Positions 39,108-52,457 of a stretch of 64,000 nucleotides of DNA are shown in pieces. Origin of the DNA: Eledone cirrhosa (Eukaryota); NCBI GenBank assembly GCA_964016885.1, contig OZ024742.1:42098001-42162000 (forward strand), in the 5' to 3' direction. The position numbers were made by a program, and so were the translations under genes. The notes below the pieces were generated by a model. It saw nothing but the letters and a program-made list of their open reading frames with translations, made no database searches and was not told the origin of the DNA. Numbering within the stretch: position 1 is the first letter of the stretch; each line of letters starts with the position of its first letter.

Positions 39108-40091
39108 TTATGCTGTTGGTTCTGTTTCGGATGGTTGTTTATCTAATTGTGTTTCAGATGGTTGTTTATCTAATTGTGTTTCAGATGGTTGCTTATCTAA
39201 TTCTGTTTCAGATGGTTGCTTATCTAATTCTGTTTCAGGTGGTTGCTTATCTAATTCTGTTTCAGGTGGTTGCTTATCTAATTCTGTTTCAGATAGTTGC
39301 TTATCTAATTCTGTTTCAGATGGTTGCTTATCTAATTCTGTTTCGGATGGTTGCTTATCTAATTCTGTTTCAGATAGTTGCTTATCTAATTCTGTTTCGG
39401 ATGGTTGCTTATCTAATTCTGTTTCAGATGGTTGCTTATCTAATTCTGTTTCAGATGGTTGCTTATCTAATTCTGTTTCAGGTGGTTGCTTATCTAATTC
39501 TGTTTCAGATGGTTGCTTATCTAATTCTGATTGAGATGGTTGCTTATCTAATTCTGATTTTATTGATTCTGGTTGAGTTGATTGCATACTTAATTCTGAT
39601 TTTATTGATGATGCTGCTGGAGATCGGCTACTTAATTCTGATTTTATTGATTGTGGTTGCTTACTTAAATCTGATTTTGATGAGTCGGGTTGAGACGATT
39701 GCTTACTTAAATTTGATTTTAATGATCGCTTTGATTTTACTGATCTTGTTGGAGATGATTGCTTATTAAATTTTGAATCTGGTTGAAATGATCGCTTATT
39801 TAATTTTGGTTCTTCTTGAGATGGTGGAACATTTTCATCTGGTTGTGTTGGTTCTGCTTGAGATAATGGTGTATTTGCAACTGGTTTTGTTGGTTCTGCT
39901 TGAGATAATAATGATTTATTTGATTCTGCTGGAAGTATTGGCTCACGTACTTTAAGTATTGAAGTCATATTTGCACCAGTGGTTTTGTTAAATGTGCTTT
40001 TTAGGACTGCAGTTTTGTTAGTTTTACCTTGTGGTTTTGTTAGTTGTAATTTGGATTGAGATTTCACTTTACTTTTTAGTGCAGGCAATTT
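39108..40091 (-). CDS. CFAP97D-like terminal exon: low-complexity K/S/Q/P region plus nonapeptide repeats
   Basis: cctttacag| phase-0 acceptor, 327 open codons to TAA; AATAAA a few nt after the stop (39098-39103); the join to exon 4 is inferred from phase. Confidence 0.7.
   Translation of the reverse strand, partial: KLPALKSKVKSQSKLQLTKPQGKTNKTAVLKSTFNKTTGANMTSILKVREPILPAESNKSLLSQAEPTKPVANTPLSQAEPTQPDENVPPSQEEPKLNKRSFQPDSKFNKQSSPTRSVKSKRSLKSNLSKQSSQPDSSKSDLSKQPQSIKSELSSRSPAASSIKSELSMQSTQPESIKSELDKQPSQSELDKQPSETELDKQPPETELDKQPSETELDKQPSETELDKQPSETELDKQLSETELDKQPSETELDKQPSETELDKQLSETELDKQPPETELDKQPPETELDKQPSETELDKQPSETQLDKQPSETQLDKQPSETEPTA
39121..39558 (-). repeat. 27-bp coding minisatellite, about 16 units (ETELDKQPS)
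   Basis: Unit TTATCTAATTCTGTTTCAGATGGTTGC repeated with few substitutions and no frameshifts. Confidence 0.97.
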
Positions 40092-40284
40092 CTGTAAAGG
40101 TAACAATATTTCAAGCAATTTATTAACTGATAAAAAATAAATAATTCAGAGACATCATCTGTGCAAAAATCACAAGATAAAATAAGTGTTAGCATATTTA
40201 ACCCTTTTACTATCAAACTGCCCCTTGTTTTATGATACAGAACTGCTTGTTTTAAAATGTTTATGTTTATCTAAAACCCTTCCA

Positions 40285-40967
40285 TTATAATAATATAATA
40301 ATAATGAAATTATTGTGTACAGTGTTCAGGTGCACTACAATTCATCAAAGGTGCATGTATAGTACATAGAATAATGTATAAATGTCAGGAAAATGAACAG
40401 TGTACAAGTCATGAAATACATGTGTGTGTGTGGATGAGGGGGGGGGCATCGGGTGTAGTGTTGGAGAATCTCAGGAAGCATGGAGGTTTTAAAGGATGCA
40501 GTCTCGACAGCTAACAACTGATGCAGGTAGTTTGTTCCATGCTTCAGCAACTCTGAGCGTGAAAAAATATTTCCGAAAGTCATGGAAGCTGTGCTGTTTT
40601 CTGATTTTGTGGCATGCCCACGTGTGTTAGACACATGGAAATCAAAAAGGTGCTCAGCATTGTTGTTGGCAACATGGTTAACAATTTTGTGGGTGTTTAC
40701 CAAGTCAGTTGCCAGACGTCGGAGCTTCAATGTATCCATGCCCAGGGAAGCAAGGCGTTCAGAATATGGTAGATGCCTGATGGAGGGTATTCGCTTAGTT
40801 GCACGTCTCTGAACAGTTTCCAGGCGGTCAATGTTCTGAGCAAGATAGGGGTTCCAGACTGGTGATGCAAATTCTAAGTGTGGCCGCACCATAGCTATAT
40901 ACAGCTTTAAATAGATAGCTGGAGAGCAGCTGATAAAGGTCTTGCTGAGTGATGCTAAGACACCCTT
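40285..40967 (-). mobile_element. 5'-truncated CR1 copy
   Basis: Same RT C-terminus (VRPHLEFASPVWNP) and 3' UTR/(ATT)n tail as the 13.7-kb element. Confidence 0.9.
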
Positions 40968-43451
40968 GGAATTTTATACAAAAACATTTGTTAAAAATAA
41001 ATGCATACAATTAACAAAACAAATAGGCAATAACAATAACATGAGTCAGAAAGAGAGGGAGACAAAAAAACATTAAAAATATGCATACACTTAATTTACA
41101 AAAGCAAAGAAAAGGGGGGGGGGGTGAAATGAGGAGAGCATAAATTGCACAACCTTGGCTGGATGGCATATTGCAGCTGTGCCCCACAGACAAAATAGTG
41201 AAAGTATTGCTATGGAAAACAGCCAGTGATAACGGCTACATCAGCCATTCCATCTCATGAGGGTCCTTTTTCAGATGTGTAGAGGAAAGTGGCACTTCAT
41301 GGATCGAGGACATTGTAAGTCTCCATGTCGACTGGCATAAAAAGGAAATGGTCAATCAAATCCTAGTATTTAGTCATCTTCTGCTCCCCTGAATTACAGG
41401 TGGTGTAAGTGGCTCAAGACACTAGCTTAATAATGAGTTCTACTATAGGCACAAGGTCAGCAATTTGGGGTGAGGGGAAAATCGATTCAATCGACCATAG
41501 TGCATTATTGGTGTTTGTTTTTTTTATCAACATTGTAAGGATGAAAGGCAAAGCTAACTTCTGAAATTTGAACTCAGAATGTAAAGGGCCATAACTATGT
41601 GCTGCAAAGTATGGTGCCTGATGCTTTGCCAATACTACTAATCCGCCACCCTATACCAGCTTAATAATGAAAGGATTAATTATATAATTAAATCCCTCCA
41701 AATTCTTGATTATTTTCGAAATTATTTGAAAATCATAGGCTGTGATTTTATTAAAAACATGGTAATGAAAGGCTGAAAGCAAGAACCATGAAAATGCTAA
41801 CAAGAAATGATTTGTTATTTTTCGGGAAGTATGGGACACAACTCCAGATATGTTTCTGAGTTATTAACACTTTCCAATACCTCAACAGTATCACCATTGC
41901 TATGCTTTGCTGATAAGGTCTGATTAAGACCAAAACATGTCTGTAGGTGTCTCCCATACTTACATAAAAAATGAAAATAATATTGAGGTGGCCTTCTGCG
42001 ACATGGAACCAGCACAACTTCCACCCTCCGGACGTCTATCCTCCCTCTCTCCTCTGTAGACGTCCAGTCTTTCCAAAACAAATGGTATGCCAACCTGTGC
42101 AAATGACCTCAAACAAGCTCAACCAGCAGTCTGGCATGTTTTCGCTCAGCCTCCCAGCCCCACAGTGGCACTTGGCTCAATGCAGACCATCACTTTTGAC
42201 TGACACTCAGCTGGATAGCAACTGCTGGTGTATTTGTGTTTCCCTGAGGCTCAGCCTATGGATCTGTGAGCCTCACAAATCACAGCCTCTATCATGCCAT
42301 TATACTGCTAGTCACCTCCCATGCCATGCTGCTCTCAATGAGATTATAAAGCTTGGCTTGTATGGTGCAGGCTTCCCTTCCCAGCTTGAATCAATAAAGC
42401 TAGACCAAGGGGCGACAAAAAGCTAGATGACATGACAATCTTCCCATTCCTTGGAGGTAAGCCCTCTCATCTGAGATGCTACATGTTGTGACACCACCTC
42501 ATCTTCTTTACCGGCCACCTGGTGTGTTTGGTTACCAGCCCAGGCCGAGGAGAGAAAACTGTCAAAGTATCAGTTACTCTCTAATTAGGTTTGTGGTTGA
42601 ACCTGTAGCAGAGGAGACCTCCAACATTCTTGACTCCTAGACCACATCCCTGCTCACTGCTATCAGAGTGGAGTTGGTTTCCTGTGGGTGAAAGCCCTGT
42701 GAGGTGGAGTTACTATTCTAGCATGTCTCCCTCGCCGTTCTCCAGGATAATGTCTTCCTGATTCCATCAGCCAGGACGAGGTGGACTGACCCTTAAGTTT
42801 CATTTATGGTGGTGGCATGTGGATTAGATTTACTTCCATAAGCATGATTAGTAAGAAAGTGCAAACATTTAATATTAGTCATTATTCAATATCAAGTAGG
42901 GTGGTGGATTGGCAGTATCGGTAGAGCGTCAAACAACATGCTTTGTGGCTTATAGTTACAGCTCTTTACCTTCTGAGTTCAAATCCCACTGAGGTTAGCT
43001 TTGCCTTTCATCCTTGTGGGGTCAGTAAAATAAAATACCAGTAATGCATTGGTGTCGATTTAATCAACTTTCCCCTTCCCTTCAAGTTGCTGGCCTTGTA
43101 CCAAAAGTAAAAACAATTATTGAATATCAAATTCCATTTTTGTTACTTTATACTATCAAGTAAAATAGATGAAAAGCTATGCTTCTATGAAAGATTCATA
43201 GTATGTCTTTATATTTCTAAAGTATATCTATTCTAAATGTATGATGTTTTAGAATCTTGAAGAAGGTACATCCTAAAGTTTAATTTCTGTAGTTTAGCAT
43301 GAACAACAAGACTTTTTGTGGGGGAGATGGTAGCTTGTAAAAAAAGAGAAGCTAGGATATTTTGGTTATCCAATAAGACATGATGGAATGGAAAAGAGAA
43401 TCACTGAGATGCCTATTTCTAGGAAGAAAAAAAGGAGGCTAAGGCGTAGAC

Positions 43452-43723
43452 CAGTACTTCCCAACTTTTTGTGCCTCATGCCTTCAACATCTCAAACATT
43501 TTTATGCCCCACTTTGATATAATAAAAATATAAACAAATTGGCATATGGGTGATGCCAGATGCACAATAACATGTGTAGAGGTGTGACAGGAGTTTCTGA
43601 CCATAATTTGTTCCAAATATGCCTTGGTGTAAAAGTAATAGGGTAAAATCCGAAGTTTGCTCTCATCAACATAATTTTCAAATTGATCCCCTGTGGAGCG
43701 TGCGCTCCATGTTGGGAACCACT
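43452..43723. mobile_element. Degenerate hAT-like MITE
   Basis: CAGTACTTCCCAAC...GTTGGGAACCACTA termini; a similar element at 49773-50547 is interrupted by an RTE-tail repeat. Confidence 0.6.
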
Positions 43724-43879
43724 AGATGATAAATGACAGTAACATGAGTTTGAAATTCAATGGAGAAAGTTAGTAAGATTGCACCAAACAGAAAATAGTA
43801 TTGTACTGTTGTGCGAGAAGCTATATTCTGAAGAGTGCTACATACAATGATGAATTTTCAAAAATAATCACATATTTAC

Positions 43880-44027
43880 CTTTACTAATTTTGCATTTTC
43901 TCTCTTTTCCAGATCTTTGCATATATATTCATACCGTGACTTTTGCTCAGTTATTTGTTTCCATAAAAGAATATTATCCAACAAGATTTCTTTATTTCTT
44001 CTATCTCGGTTTCGTTGTGATCCATTG
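43880..44027 (-). CDS. CFAP97D-like coding exon 4
   Basis: ctgattttag|...|gtaaat; NGSQRNRDRRNKEILLDNILLWKQITEQKSRYEYICKDLEKRENAKLVK (I-x-x-D/EN..L.K.I...K..Y); phase 2 to 0. Confidence 0.78.
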
Positions 44028-44843
44028 CTAAAATCAGAAAACCTTCTACTTATAAATTTCTGCGATTCTGCCACAACACGTAAAGAGAGTGGAGTAGTTT
44101 AACTACCTCATACTATTCCTCTCTCTTTACATATGCTGACTGCGTGAATGTATGTGTGTAAAATGAAGGAAGGGGATCTATCTATATATAAATTTCTGCG
44201 ATTCTATCAAAACACGTAGAGAAAGAGGAGTAGTTTGACTACCTCATACTACTACTCTCTCTTTATGTCTGCTGCCTGCATGAATGTGTATTTTTGTAAG
44301 CGTGTCTGAGTTTGCACATTTATATTTATATAATCATACATATAAATGTATACATATGCACACACATACACATATGCATCAGTGTATGGAAACAAATTCT
44401 AGTATAGAAAATTTCTTCATGTAAATGTATCGATGGCAAGTCAGCCTTAGCAGAGGCCATCTCATTTCCAAAGTTTACCCATAAGAAGAGTGCAATTGAT
44501 TCAACTGGTGCCATCTACAACACAGTCAGTGATTTTACAGTGCTCCCACTACTTACAACAATGAATTATTATTCCACTAAGTAATATCCTATTTGCATCT
44601 GGGTGAAATGAGCAATTGGAAATTAAATATGTTCAGCATAGGTTTAAAATAGATAAACTGTAACCTTGCATGTTATAAGAGAAAACTAAAAGGATTAGTG
44701 CAAGGAAAGGCAGCCAACCATAAAACATTGTCTCCTAAAAGACTCCATCATATAAGAGCTTACTGCAAGATTAACCTCTACTTTAGTAGAGGAAATGGTT
44801 TTAAATGCTTGTCATTTTATAGATATAGGCAAAGTACAAAGGT

Positions 44844-45251
44844 TGTAACCATATAAGAAACTGTTGCACCATCAGTTTATAATTTGATCCTTATGAGCCT
44901 CGCGAACCTAAATGGCTCTTCCAGCGCGCCTCCCTCACCATCTGTCGAGAAAACGCCTTTTCTATTTTGTCCGCCGAGGCCGTGGGGTGGCCAGCATGGG
45001 CTCCTATTTGCTCACAATAGTGAGAGAGGGGGAGAGCGAGAGAGACGGAGACAGTGACAGTAGGAGTTTGGTCCTTTTGTGTTCAGACCTGGTGTATATA
45101 TGTGTATATAAGAGAGAATGAGTCTAAAAGCTGTTTTGTATGGTAACATCTTCATACTACTTGAATAAATAGTCGTTGAATAATTATTAAATACATCATT
45201 GAAGATTTTACCAGTTCACTCACTAACCTGTCTTTCATTTTATATTTTACA
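44844..45251 (+). mobile_element. Probable solo LTR
   Basis: TGTAA...TTACA termini, TATATAA near 45106, AATAAA near 45164; TSD imperfect (AAGGT/CAGGG). Confidence 0.55.
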
Positions 45252-45377
45252 CAGGGCTATAGAGAATTCTTCCACTTATGACATGAACAGAAATGTTTGA
45301 ATTGTCAACTTTTGCCATGCTTTAGTCCCAGGTCAGTCCTGATAGAGCAGGCTTATGGCTGAAGGCACTCTAGCTAT

Positions 45378-46870
45378 AATAATAATGAAATTATTGTGTA
45401 AAGTGCTCAGGTGCACTACAACTCGTCAAAGGTGCATGTATAGTACATAGAATAATACACAAATGTCAGGGAAGTGAATAATGTATGAGTCATGGTATAC
45501 ATGTGTGCATGTGTATGGAGGGGGAACATTAGGTGTAGTGTTGGCGAATCTCGGGAAGCATGGAGGCCTTAAAGGATGCAGTGTCTCAACAGCTAACATC
45601 CGATGCAGGTAGTTTGTTCCATGCTTCAGCAACTCTGAGCGTGAAAAAATGTTTCCGAAAGTCATGGGAACTGTACTGTTTTCTGACTTTGTGAGCATGC
45701 CCACGTGTGTTAGACACATGGAAATCAAAAAGGTACTCAGGGTTGTTGTTGGCAAGATGGTTAACAATTTTGTGGGTGTTTACCAAGTCAGTTGCCAGGC
45801 GTTGGAGCTTCAATGTATCCATGCCCAGGGAAGCAAGGCGCTCAAAGTATGGTAGATGCCTGATGGAGGGTATTCGCTTGGTTGCACGTCTCTGAACAGT
45901 TTCCAGGCGGTCAATGTTCTGAGCAAGATAGGGGTTCCAGACTGGTGATGCACATTCTAAGTGTGGCCACACCATAGCCATGTACAGCCTTAAATAGATA
46001 GCTGGAGAGCGGCTGACAAAGGTCTTGCTGAGTGATGCTAAGACACCCTCGGCCCTCTTGACAATTTTAGAGATCTGCTTCGTCCAACGCAAATTGCTGC
46101 TGACCGTAATGCTCAGGTCACATTCACAAGAAGACTCCTTGATATTAGTGCTGTGGAGGGAGTATGTGGACGCTGGGTTTTTACTCCCAAAATGCATGGT
46201 GGTGCACTTGTCCACAGGAAGCTTGAGTTGCCAGTCTGAGATCCATTGTTCCATTGTGTCCAGGTCAGACTGCAAGCAAGATCTATAGTGTTCAGGATCT
46301 GTCCTTTTTATCTCAAGGTACAGCTTGATGTCATCTGCATACTTTAGTACTGTGGCATTCTTTAAGTTGGCATCTATGTCATTAATATATGCCACAAACA
46401 AAAGGGGGCAAAGAACAGATCCCTGTGGTATGCCAGATGACATCTCATATGGTGAGGAATGCTGTCCCAGAACCGTGACTACCTCTCTTCGACTGAGAAT
46501 GAAGGACTTCAACCAGTTAAAAAGATCATCCTTCACACCCATTGCAGAGAGTTTTGCCATAAGCCTTTTGTGTGGCACAGAATTGAAGGCTTTCGCAAAG
46601 TCAAGGTAAACAACATCCACCCATGAGCCGCCATCACTGATCCGGGTGATGTCCTCAAGAAACTCTATAAGTTGATCACAGCAGCTGGTGTTGGGGATAA
46701 ATCCAAATTGCAAGGGCCGGATAAGACTGTGAGAGTTCCAGAAGTTCCAAAGTGTTTCTCTGACACAGGATTCCATCAGTTTGACAATGTAACTAGTAAG
46801 ACTGACTGGACGATAGTTTACAGGTGATGTGCAGTCACCCTTTTTGAACAGAGGAATGACACTGGCAGTT
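45378..46870 (-). mobile_element. 5'-truncated CR1 copy with open RT frame
   Basis: 429-aa ORF nearly identical to ORF 14055-15674. Confidence 0.92.
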
Positions 46871-49196
46871 ATCATGCCTATTTGTATGTCAGCGACTGCA
46901 TTGTCTTATGTCTCGTTTCTTTTTTAAGACGGTAGTATGATTTGAGAGACTTCAATATTATTTCTAGCCTATTGAACAACCATGTAGAGGTTCCTTAACT
47001 AGCTTCATATAACTCTTGCTATATGTTTATGACATAAAGTGACATGCAGCCTTGGGTTATCAATGAAGGTGTTGTCTTCATAAACTATGTTAAAAATAAA
47101 TCAACCTGGTAGAGATCATATTTCTCTCATTTTGATACCAAGAGATTGCAACTATCAGGAGTAAATGAAGCATATAAGTTTGAACAGGGAATCAAACCTA
47201 CATCAGGCCACAGGCTTGGCTGAGTAGGCAAAAAGTTTGTTTCACAAACACATGATTTGAGGTTTGATCTCATATTTGGAACTCTGGGCAAGTGTCTTCT
47301 ACTATAGTCCCATGTTGATTAATACGTTTTCTACACACACAGAAATAGCACCTGGGTATTTAGCACCCTAGGCTAGCTCTACAATGTGCACCCCATTCTC
47401 TCAAATAAAATAATTTCAACTTGCAGCTTGATAAGTTGACAAACCTAGTTATTGGCATTTCTTGCCCTGACTACACAAAAAAAGTTATTAAACTTGCATT
47501 TTCCACTATATAGTCCACACTCACCCATGCCAAATCATGTGTCAGGTCATAACGGCACATGGTCTTCATCACTTTGAATATTTCCACAATGTTACTATAC
47601 AGCAAAGATTTTTATCAATTTATATATTGATCACAGGAAATTATTATATATTTAACCCTTTTAACCTTTACATTACTTTATATTTATTATTGTATTTTCA
47701 CAGAAAAGGTTTTATCTCACATAATATCGAATCTATAAAATTTTAATATTTATTTTGAGAACAATACCTTAACATCAGTATGAGTGGCCAGTTACAGCTG
47801 GTTTGAACAGAAAGAGGTGAGAGATTTCTAAGCAGATACGGCTGGTTTAAATGCTAAAGGGTTAAGTTAATTATAAAAATTTCTATAAAACTATGCTCCT
47901 TTAAGGTTCAGTAATGCACTTATCTGGGATCTACATCCTTGGTTACTGCCTAGCTGGCCTTCATCGTAGTACCAGCTCTGTATATATTGCAAACAGCAAA
48001 CTTCTATGCAAGAAAACATGAAGGTTTAAGGTAAATTTAATGTAGATACGTATTTAGTTTTTTAATTAGAAGCTTCTGATGTAGAAAGGATGAAGTATAA
48101 ACATGTTTAACTGTTCCTCTGTGCAGAGAAAAATATAAGTAATTGCCTTTATGCATATTTGGGGAATTTTGTCTCCCCATCAGAAGATATGTACAGAGGA
48201 ATCTTATTACAGTAAGGCTATATATATATCAGTAAACATGTAGCATACAGCTGAAATAGATCAATTTACATGACATGCATACCTTTGTTAAGTTATGTTC
48301 CAAACATCACCTAGGTCCAGAGCTCAATTATCCTCCCCTACCCACTCTTCTGTGACACTAGAGTTCTTTCCCCCCCCCCCCCGTTTTTCTTTTTTTTTCT
48401 CTATATTTTCCTATTTTACATTCCATTCTTCTCAATCTAAACTTTCTTTTTTTTCTTTTTCTATTAAACTGTATTTACATGATATATATAATATATAAAT
48501 AAAATTTTGAAACTTAAAAAAAAAGTAAGTTAGTTATATTACTAAAGCCCTCCAAATTGTTAAATATTTTCAAAATTATTTGAAAACCACAGTCAGTGTC
48601 TTTTATAATATGTATGGTGATGGGTTAAGTGGTGAATTAGCAGGGTTTTTAGAACATCACGCAGAATGCTTTGCTGTTTTCATTCTGGGTCTCTGCACTC
48701 AGAGTTCAATTCCATTCGATGTCAACTTTACCTTTCATCCTTTTGAGGTCAATAAATGAAATACCAGTCCAATACTGGAGTTAGTTCTACCCCCACCTCC
48801 CTCTCTCTCCCGATGAAAGTGGCTCTGCTCCAATCTGGAGAGTGTTGAGTTTTGCTAGGTTTAAATACCCAAGACTGTAATGTCATAACGGCACCCCTAC
48901 AACTCAAACAAAGATTAACACTGCAATAAAAGGGTTAAATAGCCATAACTAATTATATTTGTCCTTATTTAACCCTTTAGCATTTACATACTCTATATTT
49001 ACTATTGTATTTTCACATAATTATCTCACATAATATTGAATTTACAAGATTTTGATATTATTTATTTTGAGAACAATACCTTAACATAAATATGAATGGC
49101 CAGTTACAGCCGGTTTGAACAAAAAGAGGTAAGAGAATTCTGGCCAGATACAGCCAGTTTAAATATTAAAGGGTTAAATGTTAATAAATAACTGAC

Positions 49197-49315
49197 CATT
49201 TTTTCCAACGTAGATAATCTGGCTTCCAACAATCTATCTGTGAAGTTGTGTTGGCTATTATATCTGAAATCTTTCGGTTAATTCTTTCAATGTTCAAGAA
49301 ATGTTGACCCTCTCT
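49197..49315 (-). CDS. CFAP97D-like coding exon 3
   Basis: atttttag|...|gtcagt; REGQHFLNIERINRKISDIIANTTSQIDCWKPDYLRWKK (IE-x-x-N...IAN...DCW as in CFAP97D1); phase 0 to 2. Confidence 0.8.
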
Positions 49316-50024
49316 CTAAAAATAAAATCATGGAAATCATTAAAATTTAAAATAGTAATTATTTGTTGCTTTAATGCATGCATAATTGTTTTGTTTTTGT
49401 TTTTTAATATAATTTGAATTTTCATCTATGTTTCTCATGATTACTTAGTATTACTTCAAAATATTGTGATTAATTTTTCTTGTTTAGATAAAGTATTGTA
49501 TTGTCTTCTCATCATAATCATCATCACCACCATACCACAATCATCATTATCATATTTATCAGAACATGCAATCTCTTTTTTCCATGCTGGCATGGGTTAG
49601 ATGGGTTATCATGTGCTGAGGTTTGACTGGTCAGGTGACCATGTCCTGCTTGTACACTTCTTGTTGCGGCACCATCACTACATTATATCCACTGCAGGCA
49701 TTTTGATGTTTCTGAGTAGAAAACTTTACTCTACCTTGCCTTCTCAGTTCTCCTGTTGAGAATATATACTAGAGCAATGCTTTCCAAACCTTTTTACACT
49801 TACAGAGCACTCTAGAATAAGTAAAATTATTTTAGCACGCTGTACCTAAATTCAAAAAAATTATTCAAAAGAGGTCATCATCATCATTTAACATCCATTT
49901 TTCCAGGCTAGCATGAGTTAGATGAATTGTCCCATTTGAGGCAAGTTGGGTCCGGTGATCGTGTCTTGTTCACACAGAACAGTTTCTGGCTTGGTTTCTA
50001 CAGTTGGATGCCCTTCCTAACACC

Positions 50025-50280
50025 AACCACATTTACAGTGTGGACCGGGTGTTTTTTGTTGTGATACCTTCATGACCACTTTACAGTGTGGACTGGGTGT
50101 TTTTTGTTGTGAAACCTACATGACTACTTTACAGTGTGGACTGGGTGTTTTGTGTCATGACTCCTACATGGCCACTTTACAGTGTGGACTGGGTGCTTTT
50201 TGTTGTGACACCTACATGAACACTTTATAGTGTGGGCTGGGTGCTTTTTGTCGTGACACCTACATAACCACATTACAGGT
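50025..50280. repeat. About 48-bp tandem repeat (about 5 units) inside an RTE-tail SINE-like element
   Basis: CCACTTTACAGTGTGGACTGGGTG(T/C)TTTTTG...CCTACATG units; related arrays at 7560-7690 and 11290-11630. Confidence 0.85.
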
Positions 50281-51881
50281 ACTTATACAAATTAACATAA
50301 CATAATTAAAAATACTGAAAAAATATTTGTACTTCATTCTTTAGTAATAAATGGAGCCAAGTTTTTGTGAAACATGCATTTTTGGCAATATTTTCATTCT
50401 TAGTTGTTTCTCACTTCGACAGTAATATATGAATTTGGTTCCAAATTTCAATTTGTATTTTTCTCATTTTTAAATAGAATCTTTTTTTTTTTGGTGCACC
50501 TAATTAAACCTCATCGTGTGTTGAGGCACATTGGCTGGGAACTACTGAGTATTTGAGAAGAGTTGTGGTAACTCCCAGTTTGCTAAGTTTACAAGTTCAA
50601 TTCGCAGTTGAGTCACTTTATTTCAATTGCACTTCATACTAGCAAAGATGAAATATTAACAAACCTTTTTATTACTAATTACTGGCATTTTATTTCATCA
50701 GCACTATAATGTGGAAAGGCAAGGTCAACTTTGGGAGGATTTGAATTTATAGGAAACTACCTTTGGTACTATGATACAAAACTGTTTGTTTTAACATGTT
50801 TATGTTAATTTAAAAACTTTCCTTCATGAATTTATAAATTTATGTAAGAACCTTTGTTAAGTTATGCTTCAAACATCAGTTAAATAATGAGAAAATAAGT
50901 TATATTAGTAAATCCCTCCAAATTCTCAATTATTAAAAAAATCGAAGACAATGTCTTCCATTAGAGACCACCACCACCATTATCATCACAATCATCATCA
51001 CCACCACTGCTGCTGACACTGCCACCACAAGTTCATCATTCTTGAATACACAGAGGTATGTACCACTTTATAGAACTATATATTGGTTTCTGATGTAAAC
51101 ACAAGGCCAACAATTTTGGGGGAAAGTCAATTAAATCGATCCCCAGTGCACAACTGGTACTTTGTTTTATTGACCCTATAAAGATGAAAGGCAAAGCTAA
51201 CCTCGGCAGGATCGTAAAGGGGCATAACCCTATGCTATAAAGCATGTCCAATGCTCTACCAATTCACCACTCTATATAGAACAGTATATTACAACCAAAC
51301 TAATCAAAATACAGCAGACGCCACTACAGTTTGCACAACTTGCCATGCACACCAGCTAATGATAGCTACTTAAGGCTGATAAATTTTAACAGTACCAGTA
51401 ACAGATTTTACTTGCAACTTTATAAGAACACTAATCAGTGATGACTATTGAAGATATTATAGACTTAATCTGTCACTAGATTTAACATCACCAACCTTGC
51501 GTGTCTTTAGAAAAGGAGTCATGGGCACTTCCCCTTCACACTCTGATTAAATAGTCAATAAAAAAAGCTTATAGTTGATCTAATCTTTATATCTTTTAAA
51601 ATAATTTAAAATAATTCAAAACCCTTGTGATCTTATTTCTAGGATTTATTTCTCGTGAAAGAAAATAAAATAAAACAATTCTTAGTGTTGGAATTGTTAA
51701 AAGATAACTGATTTGCTCAAGTCAGTTCAATCTGATTTCATTGTATATTGATGAGAGTGAAGGTGCGTGGTTTAGTGGTTAAGTTGTTAGACTCACAATC
51801 GTAAAGTTGTGAGTACAATTACCAAGATGGGTGGAGTGTTATGTTCTTGAGCAAGACACTTTATTTCATGTTGCTCTAGTC

Positions 51882-52161
51882 CAGCAGTCACCAACTGGTG
51901 GTCCAAAGAAAATTTTGGACATTATTTGCAATTTTTATGTTTTATTAATAATAAAACTAAAATAATATTCAGTTAAAATATATTTTATAACCCCGCATAA
52001 AAATATTTTAATAGGTTCATTTCATATTAATAAAATGGAAATTCTGTGATCATTATTTTACAAATGTATTTATCTTTTTAAAAACATTCATATTAGTGGT
52101 CCGTGGGATTTAAAGTTATGAATTTAGTGGTCCATGAGATCAGAAAAGTTGGTGACCCCTG
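51882..52161. mobile_element. hAT MITE with 8-bp TSD inserted in a CORE-like SINE (51757-52350)
   Basis: CTCTAGTC|CAGCAGTCACCAAC...GTTGGTGACCCCTG|CTCTAGTC. Confidence 0.88.
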
Positions 52162-52386
52162 CTCTAGTCCACTTATGTATTTCAAAGGGTTAGCCTTGTC
52201 TGAGAACTATGTCATGCTGAATCTCTCTGAGAACTATGTTATGGGTAAGCATGCCTGTGGAATGCTTAGGCACTTAAACATTAATTTTATGAGAAGGCTG
52301 TTCCGTTAAAACAACTGGAACACTCACTGTTGGAATTGATAGAGCCTTAACAACAATATTGTTGAAAATATAATTGAAATTGATAC

Positions 52387-52457
52387 CTTTAGATCATCCA
52401 GTTTAAATGAAATACTTCGATATGGGAAAGGTGTTTTGTTGTCAATTTGTGCTTTAG
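52387..52457 (-). CDS. CFAP97D-like coding exon 2
   Basis: tttcatag|...|gtatca; (A)KAQIDNKTPFPYRSISFKLDDLK resembles the AKP-x-VD-x-x-P...KL..L segment of CFAP97D proteins; phase 1 to 0. Confidence 0.8.

Noticed and set aside
39010-39955. Plus-strand ORFs with SVSDGCLSN or MVAYLILFQ repeats
   Set aside because: Antisense shadows of the stop-free 27-bp repeat; the minus frame has the acceptor, the upstream exons and the poly(A) signal
40092-40126. Upstream acceptor tttatcag| for the terminal exon
   Set aside because: Phase 1 is incompatible with the phase-0 donor of exon 4; the acceptor at 40091 is preferred
41815-42102. 95-aa minus-strand ORF as an extra exon
   Set aside because: Partly antisense to a CRE-like fragment, no convincing splice pair, and not needed for frame continuity
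44100-44112. TGAGGTAGT (let-7 5' end) on the minus strand, twice
   Set aside because: Only 9 nt match; downstream bases differ from let-7 and the motif sits at the hairpin apex, not on a pre-miRNA arm
50025-50280. CRISPR-like regular repeats
   Set aside because: Head-to-tail tandem units without unique spacers, no cas genes, eukaryotic context
51496-51542. Possible alternative 47-nt exon (ag...gt, phase 1 to 0) of the minus-strand gene
   Set aside because: Peptide ECEGEVPMTPFLKTRK lacks family similarity; 52387-52457 fits far better. Not supportable without RNA data
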